DNA from: Candidatus Bathyarchaeia archaeon
GTDB lineage: Archaea; Thermoproteota; CALKCG01; B24
Assembly: GCA_038870975.1 (NCBI GenBank)
Contig: JAVZJD010000001.1
Span: 672,001 to 736,000, forward strand
Direction of reading: 5' to 3'
Length of the DNA: 64,000 bases
The position numbers and the translations under genes were made by a program. The notes beneath the pieces were generated by a model. The model saw only the letters and a program-made list of their open reading frames with translations. It was not told the origin of the DNA and did no database searches. This document shows positions 18,073-27,409 of the stretch, one piece after another (within the stretch, counting starts at the first letter, position 1; every line of letters begins with the position of its first letter).

Positions 18073-20082
18073 TTAGCGTGGATATGCTATGAATGCTCCA
18101 AAACCAGCTATTAACGTGTTTAATGCTGTTCCGAGCATGAATCCGCCAGCAAATGGTACAGTCTTCTCCTCGTAGAGTTTGCTTCCTCCGATTCTTAATA
18201 TAAGCCATTTTATAATGCTACAGATGAGAGCCGCCATCCACATTCCCCCGATACTAGCTTCCCAAGCCCAAGAGATTATAAACACATACGGATCTGGTAT
18301 CCACAGGAATCTAGCACGTACGAGGCTTACAATGACCATGAGAATGAAACCACTACCTATCCACGGAGTGAGTTCAATAATAGGGCCTGGTGCAGGTTTA
18401 TTCCACATATCGTTAATTCTAGACTCAATATTACCTACCCAAATGCAACCAGTTACGCCTTTTCCATATACGCCTGGAAGTAGAATCATCATTATACATG
18501 CAACGAATATAGCGGTAATTAAGGATGTGAAAGTTATCTTAATTACGTTTTTAGGGTGTACATTCATTAATTTAGCCATCTTGTATGATCCAACAGTTGC
18601 ATAGACGCTACTACCCCAAGGGCTACTAAGAAGATGCGAAACCGGCTCATATATGAAGAATAGGGCTAGACTTGTATCTGCAGACGTGGCTGGTAGCATA
18701 TATTCTGTTGGCCAGAGAAGCGCCTTTGCAACGAATGGGCCCATGGTACCAGAGCCTCCAATTGTAGCTCCCACCCGGGCCCATGGTTGAATAATTGTAT
18801 ACCAGACTACAACGCCAGTAAGTGTAAGAACAAACGATGTCCAAGGACTTATACCAGTTAGTGTAAAGTGAACTACCATAAGGATAAATGACACGGTAAA
18901 TATCATCCAAGCTGATCTATAGGACATAGGTTCTTCAGCTTCAATCTTCGGATCTTTAACAGTTCCCAAAGCCATCTTCAACGTCATGACTATGTGGTGT
19001 CTTTCGTAGAAAATCGCCATGACAAATATTCCCAGCATAGAACCACTGACAAGAGTAAAAGCTGAAATCGGAGGCCCTGTAAACGGGGTATTCTCTCCGC
19101 ACCAGCTCTTTCCACAGAAGCCCAAGTCAATATATCCAGTATAATATCCTAAAGTACAAGCGATCGCTGTTGCAACTTGAAAAATTATACCCCAGAAAAC
19201 TACGCTGAACAGTGAGTGTAATGGTGCTAGGAGTAGTAGTGCATATAATGGTGTGAGCTTTGAAAGTCCATAGTTCCATGTTGTACCCGGGATTGTTATC
19301 CAGTGAGTAACTGAACCACCGCAAGTGTTTATACGTATTGAGTACACGTCTGGGAACCATGGGAAGAATAAAATGCCAGCTCTGATAAGCTCTAAGCCAA
19401 GCCCAGCTATGAAGCCTAAGATGAAGGCCCATCTTCCAGCCCACTTGGGATTACCAACTTCTCCCGCTCCTATGATTGCACTATATGCTACCGTTATATG
19501 AGGATACGGTAGCATTTCAACATCCATCCATTGGCGCCTAAAAATGCTGGCTAAACCTACGCTTATACCAGCGAAGAAGGCAAACATAAAAAACCACCAT
19601 ACCATAACTGGAATAAACTGACCCCAAGGTATGGCGGTCGCATTTCCAGCACCTCTAATTAGCACTTCCGCCGCTTCCTTCGGAGGTGATACAAACTCAG
19701 GTACATATGCCATGATAGATTCCGCTGTGCCCAAACGTGCTGTCATCAAAGCATATATTTCTCTCCAAGGTGAATTCGTACTTGCAAATGCTGATGCTGA
19801 TAAAGCAGTAGTGTATAAAAGGATAAGCATTCCTGACGTCAGATGTTTCCTGACAGAGGATATGCGCATAAGCAAAGCAATTATCAGAGACATTACAAAT
19901 GGCATACCTAGCAAATCAACTCCAAAAGTCGATATCAAAGTCCCTGCATTCATATTGCATGAGAATGGAAACGGCAGGAAGAAGATGAACAAGTTCCCCA
20001 GAACCGTTAGAATAGCTGTTATAATAACAGCCAACGTTATTGACAGCGCGGTTATTCTTAGTTCTTCATATCCACTAGCCGT
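18073..20082 (-). CDS. OPT-like/DUF6785 polytopic membrane transporter
   Basis: Many TM segments; FRRQWMDVEMLPYP, EEPMSYR, RIGGSKLYEEKTVPFAGG; frame extends from TTG 20034 up to an SD-preceded ACG at 20082. Confidence 0.7.
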   Translation of the reverse strand, partial: TASGYEELRITALSITLAVIITAILTVLGNLFIFFLPFPFSCNMNAGTLISTFGVDLLGMPFVMSLIIALLMRISSVRKHLTSGMLILLYTTALSASAFASTNSPWREIYALMTARLGTAESIMAYVPEFVSPPKEAAEVLIRGAGNATAIPWGQFIPVMVWWFFMFAFFAGISVGLASIFRRQWMDVEMLPYPHITVAYSAIIGAGEVGNPKWAGRWAFILGFIAGLGLELIRAGILFFPWFPDVYSIRINTCGGSVTHWITIPGTTWNYGLSKLTPLYALLLLAPLHSLFSVVFWGIIFQVATAIACTLGYYTGYIDLGFCGKSWCGENTPFTGPPISAFTLVSGSMLGIFVMAIFYERHHIVMTLKMALGTVKDPKIEAEEPMSYRSAWMIFTVSFILMVVHFTLTGISPWTSFVLTLTGVVVWYTIIQPWARVGATIGGSGTMGPFVAKALLWPTEYMLPATSADTSLALFFIYEPVSHLLSSPWGSSVYATVGSYKMAKLMNVHPKNVIKITFTSLITAIFVACIMMILLPGVYGKGVTGCIWVGNIESRINDMWNKPAPGPIIELTPWIGSGFILMVIVSLVRARFLWIPDPYVFIISWAWEASIGGMWMAALICSIIKWLILRIGGSKLYEEKTVPFAGGFMLGTALNTLIAGFGAFIAYPR

Positions 20083-20476
20083 TTTCCCACCGAATCTGAA
20101 TTTATGCTGTATATATATATGCTTTTCGCCTCTTTTTTCAAGTTGTCGTACTGTGACATGTCGGAGGCTGTTTTCATCGAATTGAGAAGTCTAGCCGAGG
20201 CTGTTCACATGATTTTCAACTCTTATATCGATCTAAGCCACGTCTCATCCAGAGAAGATCGTGAATGTTTCAGTCAAGGGTAGTTGCATTTAAGCTCTGT
20301 CAGTAGCCCCTCTATGCGTTTAAGCCTCTCCCTAAGCCCATCCTTCAAATACCTTCTAAACGTCATGTATCCTATCAAAACATACAATGGAAGTAAAACT
20401 TCAAAATAGATAGCTTCTAAAGAAGCTTGAAAAGAAAAAATAGGGGATTTTGCGGGGGAAGTCGCCAACTATTGGG

Positions 20477-20491
20477 GAAACAGTTAAATCT
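20477..20491 (+). repeat. attR direct repeat GAAACAGTTAAATCT
   Basis: Identical to 7570-7584; intergenic, 31 bp upstream of the ATG of the next backbone gene. Confidence 0.75.
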
Positions 20492-20522
20492 AATATCTGC
20501 TTTCAAAATACTTTTGACCTTT

Positions 20523-21623
20523 ATGGATAAGATTAAAGTCGGTATAATAGGATGCGGTGGTATTGCTTCAAGTACACATGTTCCAAATTATCTTAAACTG
20601 CCGGATGTATCCGTGGTTGCATGTGCTGACATCGATGTATCTAGAGCAAGAGATTTCGCGAAAAAGTTCAACATTCCGGCTTTCTATGGAGATTACAGAG
20701 ACATGCTTGATAAGGAAAGCCTAGATGCCGTAAGTGTGTGTACACCTAATGTAGCACATAAAGGACCTTCTATAGCGGCTATGAAAGCCGGAGCGCATGT
20801 ACTTGTTGAAAAGCCTATGGCTGCCTCACTGAAGGATGCCGTCGAAATGTGGGAGACCTCTAAAAAGACAAATCGAATACTCATAGTCGGTTTTCAAACG
20901 AGGTTCAGCCCGTCCATAGTAATGCTTAAGGATATCGTTGCATCTGGTGAATTAGGTTCTGTATACTACGCTAGGTCTCTACATTTAAGACGTTGGGGTA
21001 TTCCGCCAAGCCCTACTTTTATAGACGCAAAGTTATCTGGAGGAGGGGCTCTACTCGACATAGGATGTTACGCAGTAGATACCGCCATGTACGTATTAGG
21101 TTTCCCAGAGCCTAAAACAGTGACAGGTGTTACATATGCTAAATTCGGTAAGAATAAGAAGTATGCTGAAATGGGCTGCTGGGGTTCCAAGTGGAAGCCT
21201 GAGGATTTCCAAGTTGAAGATATGGCTATAGGCTTTATCAGATTTGAAAACGGGCTTTCTATGATCGTAGAGACCAGTTGGGCTAGCTATATAAGTAGCT
21301 CGGGGGTCTTTAATGTAGTACTTCTGGGCGATGAAGGAGGGGCTCAAATGGACCCGCCTGAGATCTACAGGGGTTTAGAGCTTGAAGAATTGAAGAAGAG
21401 AGCATATGGTCCTCTTAATTTAGCAGCTAAACCTATTGATCACTTTCCAAATGTGGACATATACTATATGCGCATAGCAAACTTCGTAGAGTCTATAAAA
21501 CTTGGGAAGCCTTTATTCTCACCGGCTGATGAGGGTATAATTGTTCAGGCAATCTTAGACGCAATATACAAGTCTGCAAACTTAGGCAGAGAAGTCGAAG
21601 TTGAAAAGCCGTGGAGGAGTTAA
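20523..21623 (+). CDS. Gfo/Idh/MocA family oxidoreductase
   Basis: KVGIIGCGGIA, HVLVEKPMA, GGGALLDIGCY; start moved to ATG 20523 (MDKIKVG). Confidence 0.92.
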   Translation: MDKIKVGIIGCGGIASSTHVPNYLKLPDVSVVACADIDVSRARDFAKKFNIPAFYGDYRDMLDKESLDAVSVCTPNVAHKGPSIAAMKAGAHVLVEKPMAASLKDAVEMWETSKKTNRILIVGFQTRFSPSIVMLKDIVASGELGSVYYARSLHLRRWGIPPSPTFIDAKLSGGGALLDIGCYAVDTAMYVLGFPEPKTVTGVTYAKFGKNKKYAEMGCWGSKWKPEDFQVEDMAIGFIRFENGLSMIVETSWASYISSSGVFNVVLLGDEGGAQMDPPEIYRGLELEELKKRAYGPLNLAAKPIDHFPNVDIYYMRIANFVESIKLGKPLFSPADEGIIVQAILDAIYKSANLGREVEVEKPWRS

Positions 21624-21641
21624 AAACGCATACATTTTCTT

Positions 21642-22577
21642 CTAATTTTTCTTTGAGAGTAAGGCTACCCTACTAGATCTAAAGAAATCTTTAATAGCAT
21701 ATCCTGTTTTATCAGCTAATTTCTCGGCAAATTCTAAAACGTCTTCATAACTTGGCATAGCCGTTTCTGGGAGTCTTTTTATTGATTCTCCTACCCTCAT
21801 ATAAGCTTTGGGCTCTATGTAGTCTGGCTCGGCTCTCTCTATGAGTTTAGCATACCCATCTACATTGTGCATATTGTATCCTTTAACCAAGGTTATCCTC
21901 ACCACTTTACGGCAGTTGAAGCTTCTCATAAGCTCCAGGCTCTTCATCTGTGCCTCCCACCCGTTTTGTTTAATGGGCACTTCAAGTCTGTTGAAGGTTT
22001 CTTCATCTGGTGCGCATACGCTTATGTACAGGTTTGTCGGTTCAACCCATAGTTTTTCAAGTCCTTCTGGATATGTGCCCTTCGTAACGAGGAAAGTCTT
22101 CATCCCCCGTTTTCTAGCTACTTCTATGAACTCCGGTAAATACGGATATAGAACACTTTCACCAATAAGGCTAATAGCGATATTCGTAGGATTTTGCGCT
22201 TCTTCCCATTTTCTCCGCTCAACTTTAATATTTCCCTTGTAGCCTGTCAGAAGAATCCGCTGTGCTTCCACTAAACCGTTTAGTAGCCATTCAGGCTCAT
22301 CGGGTTTTACGTCCATCTCAGCTCCAAGAAATATTTTGAAGCTCCTCCAACAGTAGAGACATCTATTAAGACACCAGAATAACGCTAAACTACACTGGAG
22401 ACATCTATGGCTTTCAATTCCATACCACTTCTGCTTATAACAATATCTTCCCTGCGTGAGGCTTTTCTTAGTCCATTCGCATATTTTAACACCACTGTGG
22501 CTTCCAACGATTCTATAGCCTTGCTTTAAAAGATTTCTCTTAAAGGATTCTAAGGTATTTTCTAGGCTTGTCATCAA
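21642..22577 (-). CDS. taw1: 4-demethylwyosine synthase, radical SAM
   Basis: HSGVKICEWTKKS, CYKQKWYGIESHRC, CLNRCLYCWR, ISLIGE, EPKAYM. Confidence 0.93.
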   Translation of the reverse strand: MMTSLENTLESFKRNLLKQGYRIVGSHSGVKICEWTKKSLTQGRYCYKQKWYGIESHRCLQCSLALFWCLNRCLYCWRSFKIFLGAEMDVKPDEPEWLLNGLVEAQRILLTGYKGNIKVERRKWEEAQNPTNIAISLIGESVLYPYLPEFIEVARKRGMKTFLVTKGTYPEGLEKLWVEPTNLYISVCAPDEETFNRLEVPIKQNGWEAQMKSLELMRSFNCRKVVRITLVKGYNMHNVDGYAKLIERAEPDYIEPKAYMRVGESIKRLPETAMPSYEDVLEFAEKLADKTGYAIKDFFRSSRVALLSKKN

Positions 22578-22694
22578 ATCATTATCGGTATTTTCAACAA
22601 AATAAAGTTACTTCAACATATGAAAGTAACTTTACGGTTTGTGTTTTTGCAATGGATTTAGTTTTCATAATGGGAAACGTTGGAGAGTTCTTTT

Positions 22695-23639
22695 TCAAAT
22701 TGTAGAATTAAGAGTTTCTAAAATGAATACAGCTAAAGCGAGTGTAAGCATAAGTAGACTCCAAGTTTTCGTGATTTTACCACTCCGCCTGTTCATTACG
22801 TATAGCATAAGCGTCATAAGAATCATGAAGGGTACAGTTGATAAAACCTCAAGTAGAGACACGTTGAAAGGTCTGAAAAGCCCAACGATCCCAAGAACAA
22901 GAGTCATGGTTATTATATTGTCGCCGATCACATTCCCTATCGATATCTCTTGTTCACCATGTAAGGCTGCAACTATCGACACAGCCACCTCTGGGATTAC
23001 ACAGCCAATTGCCACCATCGTAAATCCAACGTAGAACTCGTTCAAATTAAACATTTCACAGATGAATACAGCGCTATATACTAGGAGGAAGGCTCCACAT
23101 AGTAATACCAGACCACTAAGAAGCATGATTATCATCAGCTTTGCTAAGCTATCACTTGGTTTTCTATCTGTAGGGTTACTACCTCCATTTCCTTTACGGA
23201 TAGAGTTGTAAATGAACACGGGATATAGCAATAGAAAAATTAAGCCAACCCACCACGTTATCCCCCCAATTGTAATAGCTATAAGCATAAGTGTAACACT
23301 TAAACCGACCATAAAGAGGCATTCGTCGTTGATCGAATTTTCTTTAATCTTTAATCTCCTTACTAAGCCGCATATCCCTACGATTAAAGGGATGTTGTAT
23401 ATGTTTGAACCTATAATGTTTCCTAAAGCCATCTTAGATGTTCCGTAAAGCATGGCAATTGTAGAACTTAGCAATTCTGGCATTGATGTTATAGATGCTA
23501 CGAAAACAGTTCCCACAACAACTCTATGAAAGTTTAAACTAGCTGCTAGTTTAGACGCTGCTTGTACTATTTTCTCAGATCCTATGTAAAGGAATAGCAG
23601 ACTTACCGCAAATAATGCTGTATACAGTATTACTGTCAA
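22695..23639 (-). CDS. Ca2+/Na+ antiporter (YrbG/CaCA family)
   Basis: TSMPEL, GNIIGSNIYN alpha-1 repeat and CVIPEV/GNVIGDN alpha-2 repeat. Confidence 0.9.
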   Translation of the reverse strand: MTVILYTALFAVSLLFLYIGSEKIVQAASKLAASLNFHRVVVGTVFVASITSMPELLSSTIAMLYGTSKMALGNIIGSNIYNIPLIVGICGLVRRLKIKENSINDECLFMVGLSVTLMLIAITIGGITWWVGLIFLLLYPVFIYNSIRKGNGGSNPTDRKPSDSLAKLMIIMLLSGLVLLCGAFLLVYSAVFICEMFNLNEFYVGFTMVAIGCVIPEVAVSIVAALHGEQEISIGNVIGDNIITMTLVLGIVGLFRPFNVSLLEVLSTVPFMILMTLMLYVMNRRSGKITKTWSLLMLTLALAVFILETLNSTI

Positions 23640-23781
23640 GGTTTTTCCCAGACTTCTGGGTAGCTTTAGAAAAGCTAAATATAAACTTATCGATTTTTTG
23701 TAGATACATTTTAAAATTCTTGCGGTAAGAAGCTATAAGTTCATATTGCACCTTATGAGAGTACCTACATGGTGTAAATTT

Positions 23782-24426
23782 GTGAGTAAACTTGAGGAGA
23801 TTTTCGCAAAGCTTGAACATACATTGTCTGAGAAAGATTCTGTTCGCGACTCTATCCAGGAAACTGCTCGAAGCATTATAAGGCTTTCTAAAACAGTGTT
23901 GGGGCTGATCCATAGAGGGCTTCTCGAAGAAGCAAAGTTGGAAGCTGATAAGTTTTCAAGTCTTCTTGTAAATTTAGAAAAGCTCAGGTCTCTCCATGAG
24001 GAGTTCTATTTTTCAAATTTGATAGCTGATGCCTATCAAGAGTACTGTGAAGCTAGAGTCCTTCTGACTTATCTTTCTGAAAGTAGGATACCCAACTGGG
24101 AGGAGCTTCGCTCCCCACCAATATCGTATCTTCTAGGCTTGTTAGATATGGTTGGTGAGCTTAGACGTTTAACTTTAGACTGTATTCAACGGGGTGATAT
24201 AGACGCAGCTGAACGGTTTTTGAAAACCATGGATGACATTTACTATGAATCTATGAAGATAGACTCTCCCTACGCTCTCTCTGTTGGATTGAGACGTAAA
24301 CTCGACATAGCTAGAAAGATAATAGAAACCACAAGGGGAGACCTTATATTTGAAATCAGAAGGAGTAAACTAGAGCAGGCTTTAAGAAATCTAGAAGATG
24401 TTATTAGGAGGCATGAAGCCTCTTAG
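23782..24426 (+). CDS. Translin/TRAX family RNase (C3PO-like)
   Basis: AYQEYCEA, YLLGLLDMVGELRR, LRRKLD; likely GTG start at 23782. Confidence 0.85.
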   Translation: MSKLEEIFAKLEHTLSEKDSVRDSIQETARSIIRLSKTVLGLIHRGLLEEAKLEADKFSSLLVNLEKLRSLHEEFYFSNLIADAYQEYCEARVLLTYLSESRIPNWEELRSPPISYLLGLLDMVGELRRLTLDCIQRGDIDAAERFLKTMDDIYYESMKIDSPYALSVGLRRKLDIARKIIETTRGDLIFEIRRSKLEQALRNLEDVIRRHEAS

Positions 24427-25069
24427 CCTCATTGGCTGCTAAATGTGCTAATCTAATGGGCTCAGGCATTCGGTAGTATCCGAGGGATCTAATGGAAACT
24501 TCCAACGTCGTCTCTAAAGATATGAAACTTCCAGGTGAGACATATATTGGATTAGCTCGATTACTGGGTCTGATACAATAGCCTACAACTTGTCCATTTA
24601 ACACTATAGGCTTATACTCTAAAGGGTCTTTAGGCATGTCACATATGCAACCTGACAATAATTTACTTGAAACCCCGATAGAAGGTCTGTTAGACAGTAC
24701 TCCAACGTATGTGGCCAATCCACATTTAAAGGGATGCGCTATACCATGTCCTCCCACTATGAGCACTTGAAAGTCTTCTTTAACGTTTTTTAAAGCCCTG
24801 AGTATTAATGGCCCCTCTCTGAAGCAGAGTAGGCTTGGTATATAGGGCATAATCACCCTGCCTTTGTAGATAGTCTTTTCAACCATCCTAAAATCTGAAA
24901 GTTCCATCACAACGATAGCAACATATGCGTTTAAATCCTCATAGGCAACATCTACACCAGCAACCCTATTAATAGGTTTTTCAAAACGATCTTCTATGGC
25001 TGCCTTCGACGCTATGTACTCCTGTACTCTTCTAAGCCTTGAAATAAAATCCCCATCGACATTGAGCAT
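24404..25069 (-). CDS. nfi: Endonuclease V homologue (catalytic Asp replaced)
   Basis: AGVDVAY, PYIP..L.FREGP, HGIAHP..CGLA, PIYVSPG, RMPEPIRLAH. Confidence 0.88.
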   Translation of the reverse strand: MLNVDGDFISRLRRVQEYIASKAAIEDRFEKPINRVAGVDVAYEDLNAYVAIVVMELSDFRMVEKTIYKGRVIMPYIPSLLCFREGPLILRALKNVKEDFQVLIVGGHGIAHPFKCGLATYVGVLSNRPSIGVSSKLLSGCICDMPKDPLEYKPIVLNGQVVGYCIRPSNRANPIYVSPGSFISLETTLEVSIRSLGYYRMPEPIRLAHLAANEAKRLHAS

Positions 25070-25749
25070 TAAATATTCACCTTAACTTCAACTGAAATTC
25101 TATCCCCATTCTTAAGGTTGAACCTTTTTCTGAGGTTTTCAGGAGCTATAAGTTCAACTATATCAGGTCCATAGTGCGTCCTCTCGGGTACTACTATAGC
25201 GCCGTTTACTTCACCACCTATTAAAGCTGGGTAACACCTTACAGCACCGTAGGGTCTTCCGTTTTTACTGAATTTCTCTATTTTTAAGCCAGGTAGTCCT
25301 CTCACAATGGAGATTGCTTTCAAATCGTTTAAATCGACGATTTTAAGGTTTAAAGTGCCAGGGTATGGCTTAAACTTTAGAGTGTCTTCAAACTTGTCCA
25401 TATATACTCTCACGTAGTGTTCTCCATCTCCAAATCCACTTAATACTACTCCTGAAAACCTAAACGTTTTATGTTCTTCGAAGATGGGTATGAGCTTCTC
25501 ATAAGTAGACCTTAAAATACTCAGACAATTATCTGTCAATCTAACAGCAGTTTTTCTACCAGCTCGCTTCTTCTCAATAAATGCATTACTGTTTAACTCG
25601 TTTAAAACTCTTGAAATAGTCTGCTGAGGCAGTCCAACATCTGAAGCTAGGTCTATGGTAGACACATATATCCAATCCTTCCAGGCACCAAGCTCTATAA
25701 GTTTCAAAATGATTGGAACATTCCTCCAGAAAATTTTCTCTCCCCTCAA
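25069..25749 (-). CDS. ribK: CTP-dependent riboflavin kinase with N-terminal wHTH (RbkR-type)
   Basis: HTH (PQQTISR), SGFGDG, PYPGTLN, PERTHY..DIVELIAP..LR. Confidence 0.92.
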   Translation of the reverse strand: MRGEKIFWRNVPIILKLIELGAWKDWIYVSTIDLASDVGLPQQTISRVLNELNSNAFIEKKRAGRKTAVRLTDNCLSILRSTYEKLIPIFEEHKTFRFSGVVLSGFGDGEHYVRVYMDKFEDTLKFKPYPGTLNLKIVDLNDLKAISIVRGLPGLKIEKFSKNGRPYGAVRCYPALIGGEVNGAIVVPERTHYGPDIVELIAPENLRKRFNLKNGDRISVEVKVNI

Positions 25750-26198
25750 ACCCCTCTCTCCATAAAATACTCAACTATACGTTGTTTTATAAGCGAAGAA
25801 CTATTGGGCATATAGCCTTCAAATTTACCCATTTTAACAATTTCCACTCTAATTCCAATTCGTTTAATAGCCTTCTCCAACGTCTCTCTCAAGTAGTCTT
25901 GATCATAGCCTAAAACGACGATATCCGGTTTAACCGTAGCTAAAACCCCTTCAATAGATGGAGGTTGAAAACCCAGTATGGCTTCATCTACAGGCTTAAG
26001 GTTTTCAACTATAAATCTCCTAGCCTCCTCTGGAATTATAGGCGGCCTTCCCCTAGACTCTTCTACTGTCGAATCTCTAGCTACTAAAACAACAAGTCTA
26101 CCCCCTTCGCCAGCTAATGATTTTGCACGTTTAAGGAGCTCTATATGCCCTGGGTGGATTACGTCGAAGACGCCTCCAACGAGGACTGTTTTACCCAT
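25746..26198 (-). CDS. ribL: FAD synthase (cytidylyltransferase superfamily)
   Basis: GGVFDVIHPGH, VARDST, KPDIVVLGYDQ, SSSLIK; ATG overlaps the dph5 stop. Confidence 0.88.
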   Translation of the reverse strand: MGKTVLVGGVFDVIHPGHIELLKRAKSLAGEGGRLVVLVARDSTVEESRGRPPIIPEEARRFIVENLKPVDEAILGFQPPSIEGVLATVKPDIVVLGYDQDYLRETLEKAIKRIGIRVEIVKMGKFEGYMPNSSSLIKQRIVEYFMERGV

Positions 26199-27283
26199 TA
26201 ATACTCCCCCTCCCATTTAAAATCTACAAGCTTTAGAAGACGCAATCCTTCAAGTATGCCTTCACAGTAGGCAATTGCTACGAGACTGCTAACTAAATCA
26301 CCTTTACATCTAAAGGCTATTGAATCGTTATAATAGTTTCTAGCCCATTCCAATGCCAGATTGAGTTTTTCACTAAGCATTTCTCTAGTTTCTCCTAGAA
26401 TTTTCATCTCCCTAAAAACGTTTTTAACACCAAATATGTACTTATCCAGTATGTCGACTTCTACAAAGCCTCTAAAGCGTGGAATGCTCTCAACAAGACT
26501 TCTACTAACACCAGCCAGATACATAAGTGATTCAGCCTCAAGAAAGTGTAAAGCTCCTGGGACAATTATGCAGTGAGGCGGTTCACCGAATTCCTCACGA
26601 ATTAACTCACCTAGTTTTCCACCTTTAACCTTATAGTTTTCATAGCCCAATCTAGCCAGTCCAATTACAAGTCTATCTTCTGTAAAAACACCCATTTGTT
26701 TCTCTTCTTCAATTTCTCTAAGTAGCTTCAACCCCTCGTTAACAGTCATAGCTCTATTCTCAAAAGCTCTGTAGTCCAACAGAAGGAGGGTATGCAATCC
26801 ACGTGCGAGATTGTAGAATGTTGTCTCATAAGGCTTAGTTGAAATCGCACCTCCATTTGGAAAGCAAATAGTTGCTGTTTCACCAAACTTGTAGATTTGT
26901 AATCCAATGGCTCCAGCTGCACTTGTAATAATAGAGGATGAGCCTACAACTCTAGTTTTTATTCCACGTTTTTCGGCTTCAAGTCTTAAAGCTATATGCG
27001 TCGTAGCGGCGAATGGATCGCCAGGGGTTAACAAAACTACTTTAGATTTAATAGCTCTGTCTAAGATAGACTTTCCGTTCAAGTTTTCGAGGTCTTCTCT
27101 AGAGACTCTTCTAAAGTTTCTCCCTGAAATACTTTCAAGTTTTTTCACTACTTCTTCAGGGGTATAATTGGTGTATGTTTCGATGTATACTTCATCAGCA
27201 CTTTTGACTACTTCAAGCCCTCTAAGAGTTAATCCGTCTTCTCCTAAACCGAAACCTACAAACGTCAATTCTCCAGTTCTCAT
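26198..27283 (-). CDS. dph5: Diphthine synthase fused to a C-terminal DUF357-like domain
   Basis: YIETYT, PGDPFAATTH, GLQIYKFG, GLHTLLLLD, GEPPHCIIVPG; C-terminal A..Y..DS..F..KGD...L.AIAYCEG.LEG. Confidence 0.92.
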   Translation of the reverse strand: MRTGELTFVGFGLGEDGLTLRGLEVVKSADEVYIETYTNYTPEEVVKKLESISGRNFRRVSREDLENLNGKSILDRAIKSKVVLLTPGDPFAATTHIALRLEAEKRGIKTRVVGSSSIITSAAGAIGLQIYKFGETATICFPNGGAISTKPYETTFYNLARGLHTLLLLDYRAFENRAMTVNEGLKLLREIEEEKQMGVFTEDRLVIGLARLGYENYKVKGGKLGELIREEFGEPPHCIIVPGALHFLEAESLMYLAGVSRSLVESIPRFRGFVEVDILDKYIFGVKNVFREMKILGETREMLSEKLNLALEWARNYYNDSIAFRCKGDLVSSLVAIAYCEGILEGLRLLKLVDFKWEGEY

Positions 27284-27409
27284 CTAAAAAACTATCATCT
27301 GTGCTCCCTTTAATCCCTAACTTTACGCTTTCGTAGAATTTCTACGATCTTTCGAAGTACCATTAGAAAAGTCTTATCACTCAGAACAACCATAATTCCT
27401 TTGACCTCT

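Larger units (their letters stand above)
7570..20491. mobile_element. Integrative element (integrated plasmid/ICE-like) inserted at the 3' end of the m5C methyltransferase gene
   Basis: Exact 15-bp direct repeats at both ends; tyrosine integrase next to the left repeat; primase-helicase module, HTH regulators and cargo genes inside. Confidence 0.8.

Noticed and set aside
20427-20522. N-terminal extension of the Gfo/Idh/MocA ORF in the track
   Set aside because: Crosses attR; the family fold starts at MDKIKVG (ATG 20523)
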